64,000 bases of DNA from Octopus bimaculoides (GCF_001194135.2 NC_068985.1:82622272-82686271); one strand, 5' to 3'; positions 25,211 through 39,378 are shown, counted from the first letter of the stretch. Numbers and translations: made by a program. The notes: a model not told the origin generated them from the letters alone.

Positions 25211-27821
25211 AACAAGTAATAACTCTTTTGATAGCAGCCTGGCTAAGATTACCATTGGTTGTTCTATGGCACAAACTTCCTGTTTTAAACTGATCCACAT
25301 TAAAATCTTCTATCAAAAATTCATCTTAATTTTTTGCAAACACCAGTTTAATTTAGTAAAATAACAAAAGTTATTATTTCAAAAATTCATCAAAACAAAG
25401 GTAAAGTATTTAAACAGAAACATGGTAACAAAAAGGGTTAAATCATTAAATAACCTTGTAGTAAAAAAAATTAACATATAGAGGGTACTCAAAAATGCAT
25501 TTACTTCTACACTTTTCATTTTGTGTCATTGCTGAGATTCTGCTCCACTATGGTTCTTACTTCATCATTTGATACCAACCTGGCTGAAACTGCCTCTGGC
25601 CCTGTTGTACAAATGTCATGCTTTCAAAAGTTCTTATTTAAAATCTCCCACCAAACCTTAGTCACAATTCATGCTCCTAACACTAGCTTATATTTAAAAT
25701 TAATTGAAAGAAACATAGAGCATCTCAAAAGAAATATGGTAACCATGGTCTATTGTTATGTCTTAATTTATTTCTAGAATATTTTATATGGTCAATAAAA
25801 TTCTTTTGTTTTGTGGTGATAAGAATGTCCTTCTGTGCTCTGAGTTCAATTTCCACCAAATCCAATCTTGCTTTTCAGCCTTTCAGGGTCAATAAACAAT
25901 GTATGATGATGATGATGCTAGTTTTTTTCCTTGAACCATGGATATGGACCTACCATTGCTAAAATGAAGTCCAAAATGTTTTGTCTACGATTGCAACAAC
26001 TTAGAAAACAATTACTGCAATGATAGCTATTTCATCCATGCAAATACAGAAAAATGGATAAAAAACCCCCAGAAAAATAGATGAAAAACAGAAAAACAAA
26101 CAAACATTACAAATACAGTTAATACACACTAAAATAACCTATGTTAAATAATGTTAATTGTAATCTTATTAGGCAATGGTTTCAATCTCCAGACTAAGTG
26201 GTACATTGGATCATTGAGCAAGGGATTTTATTTCACCTTGCTTCTATCTGCTTGGCTGAAAATAAATATAAGCATCTGTTGTGGGTTAACTCTAAAATGG
26301 ACTGATATCCTGTTCAGTGAATCTTGTACTCTCAGTCTTCTAAATTCCCCAGAAACTGTCATAAACTCCAGCCAAGTAAGCCACTAAGCCGATGACAGAC
26401 TAACTTTTATAATAATAATAACTGAATAACACAGATAAATGTAGATAGATATCCAGTTGCATAAACTTAATAATAGCCAAGAGCATCATTCACTTCTGAA
26501 AGTGCTTTGAAAAAGAAAGCGTTTCTTAACCTGTTTTCCCGTAAACTTGAATGTTTCCATAACATCTAAGATGACAATAAAGTTTAATTATTTATAGTTG
26601 TATTGGCTAGTGGTTGTGTTGATGACAAATAATCTCTGTCAGTAATGATTCTTATAAATTCTTACTATAGGAAGAAGTAGAGACTTTGTTGCATGCATAA
26701 GCAGATAGTTGTGAAGTTTCATATGCAAGCATATAGTTATGGATTCAATCTCACTAAGCAGCACTTTGAATGTGATTTTTTTCTTCCTCCCAAATCCCTA
26801 TAGCAAACAAGCTTTGTAAGTGAAATTAGGTAGACATATACCAGCTCCTTTGGGCTACAGTTTTATGAAAGAGCACAACATCATTAATGGAATTTGATAT
26901 GAAAAAATGTATTTTCTGATATGAAATCAAGAATGATATATAAACATTCCCATCCTCAGGGTTAAGGGTTGGGCATGGGGGTGAGAGTTTCCATTTACAA
27001 ATGGGTTGTATCTGGAACCTTCCTTCCAAATTGATATGCTGTTGAGGTGAATTTCGTTAGTCTTTGCCTTTTCACTGATACTTAATGCACTGAGGGTTTA
27101 CACTCAGAGGTTTCCTTCTCCTAGTCTGGTTGCTTTCCACTAATACCTCCATTGTAACTGTAGACACTGTACTGGCATCTCCTAAGGGACATGCTTTAAC
27201 AAAAGTTAAAATGTTTCCCTCCCAGTGGTCCAACAGCAGGCCAGCCACCTACCTGGAATTTTAAAGTTCCCATGTTATTGCTAACTGATCGTTGACCCCA
27301 GGCTAAACCCATACGATTTTTTCACAGGTATTATTTTTGTCCTGCAGGGTTCATACCAAACCCTTTCGTCCAGTTTAGTTGCTGACAGCCCAAAGAGGCA
27401 ACACGTTCTACCAGACTACTTATTGTTTTAAAATCTTGGCACAAGGCCAGCAATCCCCAGAATTCAACTGGTACTTATTTTATCGACCCTGAAAGAAAGA
27501 AAGGCAAAGTTGACCTTGGCAAAATTTTAACTCACACCGTAAAGGCAGACTACTTATTATTAGTAGGTTTCCTGAGCAGCTTGACATTAAGTCTTAGATG
27601 CATATGGCAGCTGATCCTAGGAAGATTATTTTTACTTTTTATAGTTCAACCCATGCTAGCATGGAAGACAATAATTAAAATGCATGATTATGACTTCTGA
27701 GGTTGATAAAATAAGTAGCAATTAAGTACTAAATGATTAATATAATTAATTGCTTTTTTGCCCAAATTCTTAGATCTGTGCTTCTGTTAAGATATCAGTA
27801 TTATCACTATTATTAGGACAG

Positions 27822-27998
27822 TGAGCAGGTGGGATTGTTAGCTCACCAGACATACTGTGTTTAAATTCTGTCATGGTTGACTTCGTATTTCATCCTTTCA
27901 AGGTTGATAAAATAAGTACCAGTTGTGCACTTAGGTTGATGTAATCAACTTACTCCCTCTTCTGAAATTGCTGGCCTTGTACCAGAATTTGAGACAAA
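27822..27998 (+). mobile_element. SINE-B; a minus-strand fragment lies at 27430-27548
   Basis: catcctttcaaggttgataaaataagtaccagttgtgcac. Confidence 0.8.
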
Positions 27999-30900
27999 TA
28001 TTTTGACTATTATTAGTTTTTACAATATGAAATAACTTGCCCTTAAAGTTGGCATCCAATTGTAGATGCCTTTCTAGAAATTTACAGTCTTTATTTCCAG
28101 AAATAAACTTGCTGCAATTTCCAGAAATTTACAGCCATAATTTGCAAAACATTTATTGAAAAAATGCAAAATACTTTCCATTCTCAATTTTATTTTTAGT
28201 AAATCTTTTAGTTATTTTTGTTTTAAATTATATTTATTAAATTCTTCTTGCCCCTTTCATCATATTTTCAACCAATTATATTTTTTAGTCCTTCAGCAAA
28301 TTCACTTTCTTTGATGGTAGACAACATGTGTTTCATCCATTAATTGGTATTGCTATTGACCCCATGTCATATTGCTTTGTGACCATGTATCTTATTCTAT
28401 GAATCAAGTTATTAACAATGAAATAAGCAGCTATCAATAAATTTAAATATACCGATCACTAAGTGGTACATTTATTAGTATTATGTTCACACAGATTCAT
28501 TAAGATGTGACAGTCTGTGTTTTCTCAACCAAACATGGATGCTAATTCAGAGATCTATTACTAATAAGATGCGAATATCATTTTTTAAAATTATTACTGT
28601 AGCCCCAAATGTTGAGGTTTTCCTACAAAAAATATAAAAATGAATAATGATTATTTTTGTCCCCATGTAAATTCAGTCAAGCATAGAAGTTTAGTGAGGA
28701 GTTCATAATATAGTTTGAATTTAGTAGCTTTCTCTGTATATTAGATTTTTTTTTTTTTGTGTTGTATATTTTATCTTTCTTCAAATGTTTCTTTAATGCA
28801 AAAAAGAATCAGGGGTTTTCTTTGAAGGAAAAAAAAGTAATAATAAATAGGAAAGACTTTCCACTGAAATTTCAAAGGGAACATAAAAAAGAACAATGAC
28901 ATACAAACTCAAATAATTTGTTTTTTTTTCTTTCATCTTATTGTTCAATTCATTGCAATATATTTTATTATTTTAATTATATTGGAAATGGTAGCTATAC
29001 TATTGCTTGTTTTTGCACTAGTCTGAGACTAAGATGAGGCACTCTAGCTTTATTTATGAAATTATAATGAGCAAAAATAAAATAAGATTAATTTCTATCA
29101 TTCTTTCTCTCTATCTTTAGTTTTTCTTTATTATTAATTTATCATTATTTTGCATTTTTATATTTTAGCTTTTTATTAAATTTTGTAACTATACCCTGAA
29201 GAAGATGTTATTCTCTCTCCCTCTCCTCTCCCCTCTCTCTCTCTCTCTCTCTCCTGTACATTTACATTTACAAAGTATGTCAAACTAAATTAGGCCACAG
29301 TTTGGTATCAATATTCTGAAAATTACTTTTTCACTTTGATCATTGGTTCAAGACTTGCAAATTGATGGCAAGAGGTTACGTGATAAAAAGATAATTAACA
29401 AACTTAGTCCTCGGAGAATGCAGTACACATTTGTAAAGACTAAATTGCAACTTTCGATTTTTAATTGGTAGACCTTTTTACTAAGTAGATTGGAGTTAGT
29501 CTCTCTCTCTCTCTTTATTTATTTTTTTGTTCAATAAAAATGCCATAAACCTTCACAAATCTAATGTGTTTAGTAGAAGACAAGGGGGTGGAAGAAATTT
29601 TATCTATACTATTTTCAAAAATGAATGAATAAGTACATACATAATTAATATTCCTACTTTCAAAAATATCAAACATCAAAGACATGACCCTAAAGTTGCA
29701 ATATAATGCTAAAACAGAAAATTAGATTTTTCTCACTCACTAACTTGTTAAAAATAACGTTTTTTGGTTTGTTTGTTTGTTTGTTTTTAAATCACTTTTG
29801 TGATGATTCAAGAATGTGCTATATCATCTTAAATGGACAATATCTAAAAAGAAACATTAGTAAACTGATTTTAATTTAGTTACTCCTGTTAAATATTGCT
29901 TTGTCTGCAATTATGTTCCAGCTTTGCTTACTTTAAGGGTCAAATTTTGTTGCATAGGTGAGAAAAGTAATATTATTATTGATTCAGTATTATCTATATG
30001 ATTGAAAGTTTTTATAATCATGATGACAAAACCAAAAACAAAAAAAAAAAGAAACAAAAAAAAAAAGAAAGCAGATGAAAATAACACATTTTTCTAATAA
30101 ATAGGCTAGAATTACAAAGCTCACATAAAAAAATAAAACTGTTAATTTTCTTATACTTTCCTGAAGTTAAATGACATTTTTATGGATACTATGATAACAT
30201 TTTGACTGCACAATGATTAATTAATGTCATAGTGTTTTACAATAGATATACAATATTTTTTCTTATTGGTTACGCATTATATATTCAATGTTGACTTCTT
30301 CTAGGGGTTATACTTTGGTCAGGTGAATGTATATCTTAATATGTGGCATATAGGCCATTTGCTGCAGATGGAGTTTCTGAAAAGTGGTCATTGTTGTCAT
30401 TATCATTGTCATCACTGCTGATGCTGCTGTCACTGCTGTCACTGCTGCCATCATTTTTACATCTGTATTTGTTTTGTTTAGTTTTGCTTTTGTTTTATTT
30501 TCTAATACCAGCGTGGATTAGACATGATTTGTTGAGGCAGAATTCCACAACTGGATGCCCTTCCTGATACAAAACTTTACTTGATTTTTCCTATTAAGAT
30601 ATTGTTTTATTTTTATTTCTTTGGAATTCATATGCTAAAACTGAAGAACCCACCAAGCTATGGAACATATTGATTATTGGTAAAATGTCCCCCTTTGTTC
30701 AAATAATGCCTCTGTGGCAACACATCCATGCGTGCACATGCACATACACACACACACACACACATGCACAAGCTTCTGTGTCTATTAAGTTTCACTCACT
30801 AGGAATTATTCAACTTGAGGTTATAGTAGAGACACTTGCCTAAGGTGCCACGCTGTGGGATGGAACCAGAAAACATATAGTATCTATGCAAACTGTGTCA

Positions 30901-31275
30901 CCACAGAGCCATGTGTATGTATATTTGAAAATTTGCAATTTTTTTCTCCTCTGTACAATTTGTTCCCCATCTAACTTCCTTCTCAATTGCATATTTTTCA
31001 CTGGCCAAAACTTGATCTACAAAATGGCATTCTGCCAGTTACTGAAATATTTCCATGCTATTATCTGAAATTCACCTACTCATTCATTAAACTCACTGAT
31101 GCTAGCATAATCTTTTTTGTTCTAAGTAATTTGGTAATTGGTTCAGTGAAGAAGATTGTAGGCTGACGTCCTTCACTCTGCTTGGAGATGGAGTTAATTT
31201 ACCCTGAGGCCTATTCACCTTTATATCCATGGAGGCCAACTTTGTCTTTCATCTCTCTGGGTTTGACAAAATAAA

Positions 31276-31885
31276 GCACAGGTGTGGTTGTGTGGTAAGA
31301 ATTTGCTTCTCAACCACTTCGTTCCAGGTTCAGTCCCGCTGTATTTGGGCAAGTGTTTTCTATTATAGCTTCACGCAGCTAGTCTTGTGAGTGTATTTGG
31401 AAGATAGAAACTGAAAGAAGCTCATCTTATATATATACATATATATATATATATATTATATTATATATGTAACTGGCACCTGTACCAGTGGTATATAAAA
31501 AAACACCCACTACTAATGCCAACCACTCTGGGAGTGGTTGGCTTTAGGAAGGGTATTCAGCCATAGAAGCATTGCCAAATCAGAGTGGAACTTGGTGCAG
31601 CTCCTCAGCTTATCAGTTTTCAGTCAATCCGTCCAACCCGTGCCATCATGGAAAATGGACGTTAAATGAGGATGATGGTGTGTGTATTCATGTTTGTGTT
31701 TGTCTCCCACTGGTGTTGGTGTGTTTACACCCTGTAACTTAGGAATTTAGCCAAAAACACTGATAGAATAAGTACCAGACTTAAGAATATAAGTATTGAG
31801 ATTGATTCATTTGACTAAAATTCTTCAAGGTGACGCCTTAGCACGGCCACAGTCTAATGACTAAAACAAGTGAAAAATAAAAGGA
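31276..31885 (+). mobile_element. SINE-A with an RTE-type retroposon inserted in its internal microsatellite
   Basis: 5' half 31276-31430, insert 31473-31680, 3' half 31685-31885. Confidence 0.8.
31473..31680 (+). mobile_element. (GAT)n-tailed RTE-type short retroposon
   Basis: taggaagggtattcagccatagaa...ccgtccaacccgtgccatcatggaaaatggacgttaaatgaggatgatg. Further copies at 23400-23515, 30495-30570, 40767-41075, 43600-43752, 56406-56544, 59893-60105 and 61822-62062. Confidence 0.8.
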
Positions 31886-32365
31886 AAAAGAAAAATACAG
31901 GGCTTGATGTATTAGTTTTAACCAACATTCTCACTTTAAATTTCTGGCCCTGTGTATAAATTAATTGCAACCAACACATTAAGAACTATTAATAAATTGC
32001 AACAATCTCATGAGTCACCAAAGTGGGAGCTTCTCAGCTGTTGTTCGACTCGCTAGAAATAGCAATAAAATTTCCCTTAAACCAAATCTTAAAAAAACAG
32101 AAAGGAGACAAAACACACTGATTAACTTATTCCTAGAATATTTTTGATTTCAGGTTTGCTTAGTTAGAGTTGATCTGGGGTTAAAAAACAATAACAATAA
32201 ACGTCACCATGGTACAGTTTCCATCACCATCAACCTCCATCACAACCAAATACCAAGCTCTCAGCTTACTACCAACACACCACCACCACCAACACCTTTA
32301 TGATAGAATCCATCCCAATTAACACCATCTGTGTCATCTTAACATTAATGTTATCCATCTGTAAT

Positions 32366-32778
32366 AAGGTGGCAAGCTGGCAGAATCGTTACACACCAGG
32401 TAAAATGTTTAGCAGCATTTTGTCCATCTTTACATTCTGAGTTCAAATTCTGCCAAGATCGACTTTACCTTCCATTTTTTGGGGATCGATAAAATAAGTA
32501 CCATTTGATGTTATTAACTTACCCGCTACCCCTAAATTGCTCCACTTGTGCCAAAATTAACAAAAATCAATATTCTTTTCTACTCTAGGCACAAGGCCTG
32601 AAATTTTTGGGGCGGGGTCCTGTCGATAAGATTGACTCCAGTACACAACTGGTACCTTATTTATCGACCCTGGAAGGATAAGTCGACCTCAGTGGAATTT
32701 GAACTCAGATCGTAAAGGCAGATGAAATACTACTAAGTATTTCACCCAGCATGCTAACATTTCTGCTACCTTGCCACC
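32366..32778. mobile_element. Tail-to-tail inverted SINE-B pair (32366-32556 +, 32572-32778 -)
   Basis: The same SINE-B motifs on opposite strands about 15 bp apart. Confidence 0.88.
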
Positions 32779-33485
32779 TTCTTTTAAAAAAATCAATATT
32801 ATCAACATCATTAAAACTGTGACTGCCATTCTCTCCCCAAACACTATTATCATTATCATACCATCTATAGTATTGTTACTAACAACATTCCAAACATCAC
32901 CACTACCATCAACAACAACAACACATGAAGATCATCTCAATCCCCTCCATTTTATGTATGGATGCTTCCAGAAGCATATCGTTTTTCTTATGAGGTGATG
33001 GTACTGGCTGTTTGCTCACCCAGTCTTCATATCTGGAGAAAAGGATGCTATCTTTGGTCTGACTCCAGGACACCCTAGTCACACTACAACATAACTGATT
33101 CAGAGAGAGGGAGAGAGAAATTGATTCTAGTACTTGAATGGTACTTTACTTATCGGCCCCCACTAAGGAGGATATCCGGTGAAGTTTTCCCTTGCAGGAT
33201 TTGAATCTGAAGATATCAAAGGCACTGAAACAACAACCATCTATACATGCATAAATGCATCTTTAATTCTTTATTTTCTTTGTATTTCCTTTAATGACTT
33301 CTTATTTGTGATTTAAAGATAATGAAGCAGTTATCCAGACTTGTTTACAATAAGATTCCAACTGAAATCTGAGGTGATGCTGCAAATTGAGCAGGCTTTC
33401 AATATATAGAAAATATCAGGGATCAAATTCTTAATCTTGATTTTTTGTTTGTTTGGTTATTTGTTGCTGTTTCTTTTTAAATTAA

Positions 33486-33903
33486 TCTTTTATCTTTTAC
33501 TTGTTTGAGTCATTAGACTGTGGCCATGCTGGGGCATTACCTTCAATTTTGAGTTGAATGAATCGACCCCAGTACTTATTTTTTTGTTAAACCTGGTCCT
33601 TATTCTATCGATCTCTTTTGTCAAGCTGATAAATTATGGGGGCATAAACACACCAACACCAGTTGTCAAGGTGTGGTGGGAGAGAAACACAGATACAAAG
33701 ACAAATGCACATAGATACATTTATATAGATATATATATAAGATAGACATCTTTTAGTTTCTGTCTACCAAATCCACTCACAAGGCTTTGGTCAGCCTGAG
33801 GCTATAGTAGAAGACTCTTGTCCATAGTGTCATGCAGTGGGACTGAACTCAGAGCCATGTGGATGGGAAGCAAGCTTCTTACCACACAACTACACCTGCA
33901 CCT
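33486..33903 (-). mobile_element. SINE-A, full length
   Basis: Both halves present. Further minus copies at 34104-34462 and 34560-34735 (5' half). Confidence 0.88.
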
Positions 33904-34754
33904 ATATGGTACTGATTTCAATTATATTTTCTATTTCATTACATCAGGTTGTGCACCTGTACATTCTGATTGTCTAAGTCTGCTTTGCTAAGACTGATGT
34001 CAATGTTACTTTCTGGTTTTGTGTTATTGTAAGTAGGAAGGTTATAAAGGAATGTAAACAATTGCTTCAGCAATGCAAATGTCCATATTTACATTTTCTT
34101 TCATCTTTTACTTGTTTCAGTCATTGGCCTGTGGCCATGCTGGGACACCGGCTTGAAGGGTTTAGTCAAACAAATTGACCACAGTACTTATTTTTTTAAA
34201 GTCTGGTACTTATTGTATCCGTCCCATTTGCTGAAATGCTAAGTTGCAGGGATGTTAACAAACCGACACCAGTTGTCAAGTGGTGAGTGGAGACATGCAC
34301 ATTATGCAATGGTTCTTACACATATTTTGTCTACCAAATTCACTCAGTCAGTATTGGTTGGCTCTGGGGCTACAGTAGATGACAACTAGCCCAAGGTGCT
34401 GTGCTGTAAGACTGAACCAAAAGCCATGTGGTTGCAAAACAAGCTTCTTAGCCTCACAGCCAAGTGAATTAGATGAAAAATTACATTTAAAGATATCCAT
34501 ATTGAATTCTCCTTAAGGTGGTTGTTCCATCAGAAAAGGAGGCCGACAAAACACAAGTATATACAACAGACTTCTTTCAATTTCCATCAACTAAATCCAC
34601 TTGCAGGATATCAGTCACCCTAGGCTATAAGAGAAGATACTTGTTTGTGGTACAACACAGTGGGACTGAACTTGAAATTACATAATCACATGTTTGGCAA
34701 GTTAACTGCTTAACCACTCCTCTACACCTGGACCTATATTCTTAGTTTTATATA

Positions 34755-34789
34755 TGTGTGCGTGAGTGTGTGTGTATGTGTATATTGTA

Positions 34790-34824
<35 letters not shown>

Positions 34825-34867
34825 GTGTATGTATGTATGTATACACATACATATGCATCTACTTACA

Positions 34868-34937
<70 letters not shown>

Positions 34938-35263
34938 TATACATCCACCTATATATACACAGTTATTCATTACAAGCAATAAATGATTAAGTGAAAGGTA
35001 ACAGTTTCTGTATGTTTTTGAATGGCTAAAATGAGCTTTCCACACTGTAATTGCTTTAGTTTCAACGTACAGTCTCAGATCAAATCATCTGACATGCAAG
35101 TACAACTTCAATACGTACATATTTACATACATACATGTATATGTACATGCATAATTATATACTACATATCTGCACATATATATATATATGCACACATGTA
35201 TGTGTATGTATTTATAATATATATATATGTGTGTATGTATAAATGTAAGCATATATGTGTGTG

Positions 35264-35323
<60 letters not shown>

Positions 35324-35520
35324 GACATACAGGTATGAATGTGCATGTGTGTATATATATATTATATATATACATATATTTACACATATATATTTCATGC
35401 ACGCATATATACACATACATGCATGCACACACATATATATATATGCATGTGTAATTGTAAATATATATGGATGCATGTGTGTATGCATATGTGTGTGTGC
35501 GTGTGTATATGCACACACAC
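34755..35520. repeat. Compound (TA)/(TG)/(CT)/(TACA) microsatellite field
   Basis: Direct reading. Similar fields at 19070-19430, 42313-42580 and 50580-50790. Confidence 0.95.
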
Positions 35521-36439
35521 CATTTTCTAAAGAAAAATGACAAAGAAACAAACATTGAATAGGATTTTTAAAAAATAAAATAAAGAAACATAAGACTAAA
35601 CAAAATAGAATAAAAAAAAAAATTTGCAAATTTCAAAAATGTAAACATCAACAGCGTAAAAAAATCAAATTTGCAAATTTGCAAGTTTGTTCAATGCTGA
35701 AATAAAATATAAAACAAATTATCTACATATATGCTAACATTTTACTTATTTTTTGCCTATCTAATACAACTAATTAGTTTATATACTGCTTGACATGATG
35801 CTGTATCGATGTCAGGGATTTTTATTTTCAATCTTGCTTTAATGTTTCTTCTTTCTAGGGAGAAAAATTCACAAAAGCAACAACAATATAGGAAAAACAC
35901 TTCCGTTGTTTTCAATTTACATCCTGTTCCCTTGCCAAATTGTGATCCGTTTATGTATGCCTTTATTACTTATTTATTTGCATATTTATTTATTTACAAA
36001 TTTGTTTACTTATTCATTTATCTATTTATCTATATATTTTATCTATTAGTTTCTCTTTATTTCTTTTTGTTTCTATTGCTTGCTTGTTTGTTCAATTTTT
36101 TTTTATATTGTTCCAGCTTTTCTTCTTTTTCTCTTTATTTTTATAGTTATTGTTGTTATTGTTTTTATTTTCATTTTCTGCACTTGTGTCAAATAAAGAC
36201 ACCATTATCATTACCATGATTGTTATTATTATATAGATGGGTTTTTTTTTTGTTTGGTTGATTTTTCCATATTATGATGTGTGTATTTGTACATATATGT
36301 GTCTATGCTTGTATATGTGCATATACGTCTCTGTGTGTCTTTCTTTCAGGTGTATTTATGCATATAATATTATATAATATTGAATTCTGCTGTATTGTAA
36401 TATGGCTTCTTAGGTACTCCTATTTTATATAATTTATTA

Positions 36440-36987
36440 TTGAGTGAGAGAGTGGTGCATGCCATCAAAGTGACACTGGGGTAAAATATATGAAGCCTTG
36501 TATACCCATCGTGACTATCCATCTGATAAGGGTACACCAGGCACATGCATCAGAATCATATGTGCACAACATGGTGACCTCATATCAAGATAAACAGCAT
36601 ATGATCTTGCAGGTGGGGGCCCAGTTAGAATTTTCTTCAGGTTGAGTAGCCCATCCCACTCAAAAGGTCCCTGAATAAAGTTTGTTTAAGGATGATGAAT
36701 AAAACACCCATGTTTCCAGAGGTGAATTATCCAAGCCCCAAAGAATTCCTCTTGACACATGGCTATGAAGCTCCTCCACTACTTCTGCTCATTATCAGAG
36801 ATGTACATATCATCAGCCATGAAAGGACTTGCTCAGCTGGTTAAGGTCATACAACTGACAAGCAAATCTGTGGTATTGAGTAGAGTATATGGTGTTGTCC
36901 ATCTTTTATACTAAGACAAAATGTGTACATGATAACACTTCCAATCAGTTAAGATGAGAAGCCACGAGAAGCCACTGTCTGGTACTG
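36440..36987 (-). mobile_element. (AAT)n-tailed orphan retroposon, ~540 bp
   Basis: Reverse complement of 14757-15300. Confidence 0.85.
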
Positions 36988-37470
36988 ATCTGGCCAAGTG
37001 CATGCAAAGTGACGAAACCATTCTGCATGCCCTCATTCAGTGTCTGGGCATTGCTGATTTGTGGGGTCATGTTGAACAGCTGCTGTCATGTGTGGGACAG
37101 ATCTGTCTGTCGGCCAAGTCTGTAGTGATAATTGCAATGGCACCCTCCTTCAATCAGGCAGGTGAGGCAGTTTACCTTTGCCTGGTGGTATGGCAAAAGA
37201 GGTTGTTTGCTGGACAAGGCTGAAAGGCATGAGGACAGATAGATTCGTCTTTGGTAGAGCTCTCATTGACTTCTGCAAGTTTCACTTGAAAAGGAGAGTG
37301 GAAAGGGAAGTGCTGTCCTCGAGTGAGTTTATTGAAAGGTGGGTGAAAGTTGTAAAAATGACAAGAGTGGATGGTACCTCTCTAGGTGTAAACCTGTGAT
37401 TCAGAGAGAAGGAATTGGAGAGCGCATTTGCTCTTAGGGTCTCAGGGAAATCTTGGACAGTGGGGTTCAG
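36988..37470 (+). pseudogene. Tx1/L1-clade LINE ORF2 C-terminus, frameshifted
   Basis: KCMQSDETILHALIQC.GIADLWGHVEQLL (zinc-knuckle region), then AKEVVCWTRLKG...HLKRRVEREVLSSSEFIERW, stop at 37397-37399. Confidence 0.65.
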
Positions 37471-37484
37471 TCCATTATTACATT

Positions 37485-38062
37485 CTTATTTCTTTATTGC
37501 CCACAAGGGGCTAAACATAGAGGGGACAAACAAAGACAGACAAAGGGATTAAATCGATTATATCGACCCCAGTATGCAACTGGTACTTAATTTATCGACC
37601 CCAAAAGGATGAAAGGCAAAGTCGACCTTGGCGGAATTTGAACTCAGTACGTTACGGCAGACAAAATAACGCTAAGCATTTCGCCCGGCGTGCTAATGAT
37701 TCTGCCAGCTCGCTGCCTTTCAGTCCATCATTACATTCTGAGTTCAAATTCTGCTGAGGTTGACTTTGCCTTTCATCTTATTGAGGTTGATAAAATAAAG
37801 TACCAGTTGCGCAATGGCTGATGTAATTGACTTACCCAACTCCCCTGAAATTACTGGCTTTGTATCAAAATTTGAAAATATTATAATTATTGTTCTTATA
37901 ATAATAATAATAATAATTATTATTATTATTCTGCTGAGGTTTACTTTGCCTTTCATCCTTTCAGGGTCGATAAATTAAGTGAAATTAAGTACCAGTGGGG
38001 TTGATGTAATGGACTAGTCCCCTCCCCTAAAATTTCAGGCCCTGTCTCTCTTGTAGAAAGGA
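37485..38062. mobile_element. SINE-B cluster: 37485-37718 (-, young, variant tail), 37725-37878 (+), 37930-38062 (+)
   Basis: Direct motif matches. More fragments at 38430-38556 and 38572-38655. Confidence 0.88.
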
Positions 38063-38148
38063 TTATTATTATTATTGTTGTTGTTGTAGTTGTTATTATT
38101 ATCATTAGAAGAGCATGATGCAATTTGCAGTAGCTTGTTTATTCTATG

Positions 38149-38195
38149 TTTTGAACAATATTTTGACAGATTGTCTGTCTTCTTCAGGTTCAAAA
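38149..38195 (-). ncRNA. Minimal Penelope-type hammerhead motif with one core mutation (G12A)
   Basis: Minus strand: UUUUGAAC / CUGAAGA-A / GACAGA-CAA-UCUGUC / AAAAU-AUU / GUUCAAAA. Stem I is a perfect 8 bp, stem II a perfect 6 bp, and stem III is the loopless palindrome AUAU. Confidence 0.65.
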
Positions 38196-39139
38196 TGTAA
38201 AATGAAAACAACCACAGAATTGCAAAATAGGAATGCAGCATTTCCTCGTTTATATTTTGAATTTCTGCGTTACTCTGGTTAAACCCAAAGAAGACAGATG
38301 ATCTGTTGATCATTGACGCTGTTAAATAAACAATCTATTACAAATCACATCATGCTCTTCTTATTGTCTATTTACCTTTGTGAAGAGTTACGTCAATCTT
38401 TATAAAATATTATTATTACTATTCTGCCCAGATCAACTTTGGCTTTGATCTTTTGGGGGTTTATAAATGAAGTACCAGTGAAACACTGGAGTCAATGTAA
38501 ATAACTAAACCCCTCCCCACAAATTTCAAACCTTGTGCCTTTAGTAGAAAGGATTATTATTATTATTATTAAGGCTTTGAGCTGGCAGAATCATTAACAT
38601 ACTGGACAAAATGCTTAGTGGCATTTCTTCCATCTCTTTACTTTCTGAGTTCAAATAGACTTATATATATATAAGATGGGCTTCTGCTTAATTTCTGTAA
38701 AATTTCACTCACAGGGCTATGGAAAAAAGCACTTGTCTCCTTATGAATAAGTTATACATAATAAATTTAAGTCAGGGTGCATGCATGATTTGTATAGACA
38801 TTCACACTGTTATAGAATTTATACAATTTTAAATAAAGCTTCTTTAAATAAAAAGATGTGACTCATTAAGTGAATGTAATTGACCTGATGTTCTGCATAT
38901 GATGACTATTTGTTTCTAAAGATAAATAGGTATGAAATATTCATTATATTTGGATATATCTTTTCTTTATTAATATGTGCATTTGTGGTGGTCAAATACT
39001 GGCAAGGTTAGTTTTCTCTTTTATATTTCCAGGATCAATAAATGAAATACCAAACAAGTACTGAGGTTATTATAATCAACTGTGTCCTTTCCCCAAAATT
39101 TCTAACCTTGTATCTATGTTAGAAATGTTTACTGATAGG

Positions 39140-39378
39140 CGTCAGAACTGACAAAGCATCATTACTCTGTAAGGGGCTGAGGGTCAGCTTCCCAGTTTCC
39201 CTAGCATATATATATCTTCCTCCCTATATGGGATGCTGGTCAGTTGAGTGGATGGGAGCAATGTAAAATGAAGTGTTTTTGCACGAGAACACAACATATT
39301 GCCTGATCCAGGAATCAAAACCACAATCTTACCATCATGAGTCCATCATCCTAACCACTAAGTAATGTGTCTCCACAA
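39140..39378 (-). mobile_element. Old tRNA-derived SINE (different family)
   Basis: Minus head gtggagacacattacttagtggttagg...ggttttgattcctgg, then ttgtgttctcgtgcaaaaacacttcatttt. Confidence 0.6.

Noticed and set aside
25520-25700. Mariner HTH-like relic on the minus strand (NDEVRTIVEQNL); similar hint at 28250-28350
   Set aside because: Too short and degraded to call by eye.
35859-35955. Strong plus-strand acceptor with an open frame
   Set aside because: Weak donor, no recognisable peptide, and it sits in T-rich low-complexity DNA where such signals arise by chance.
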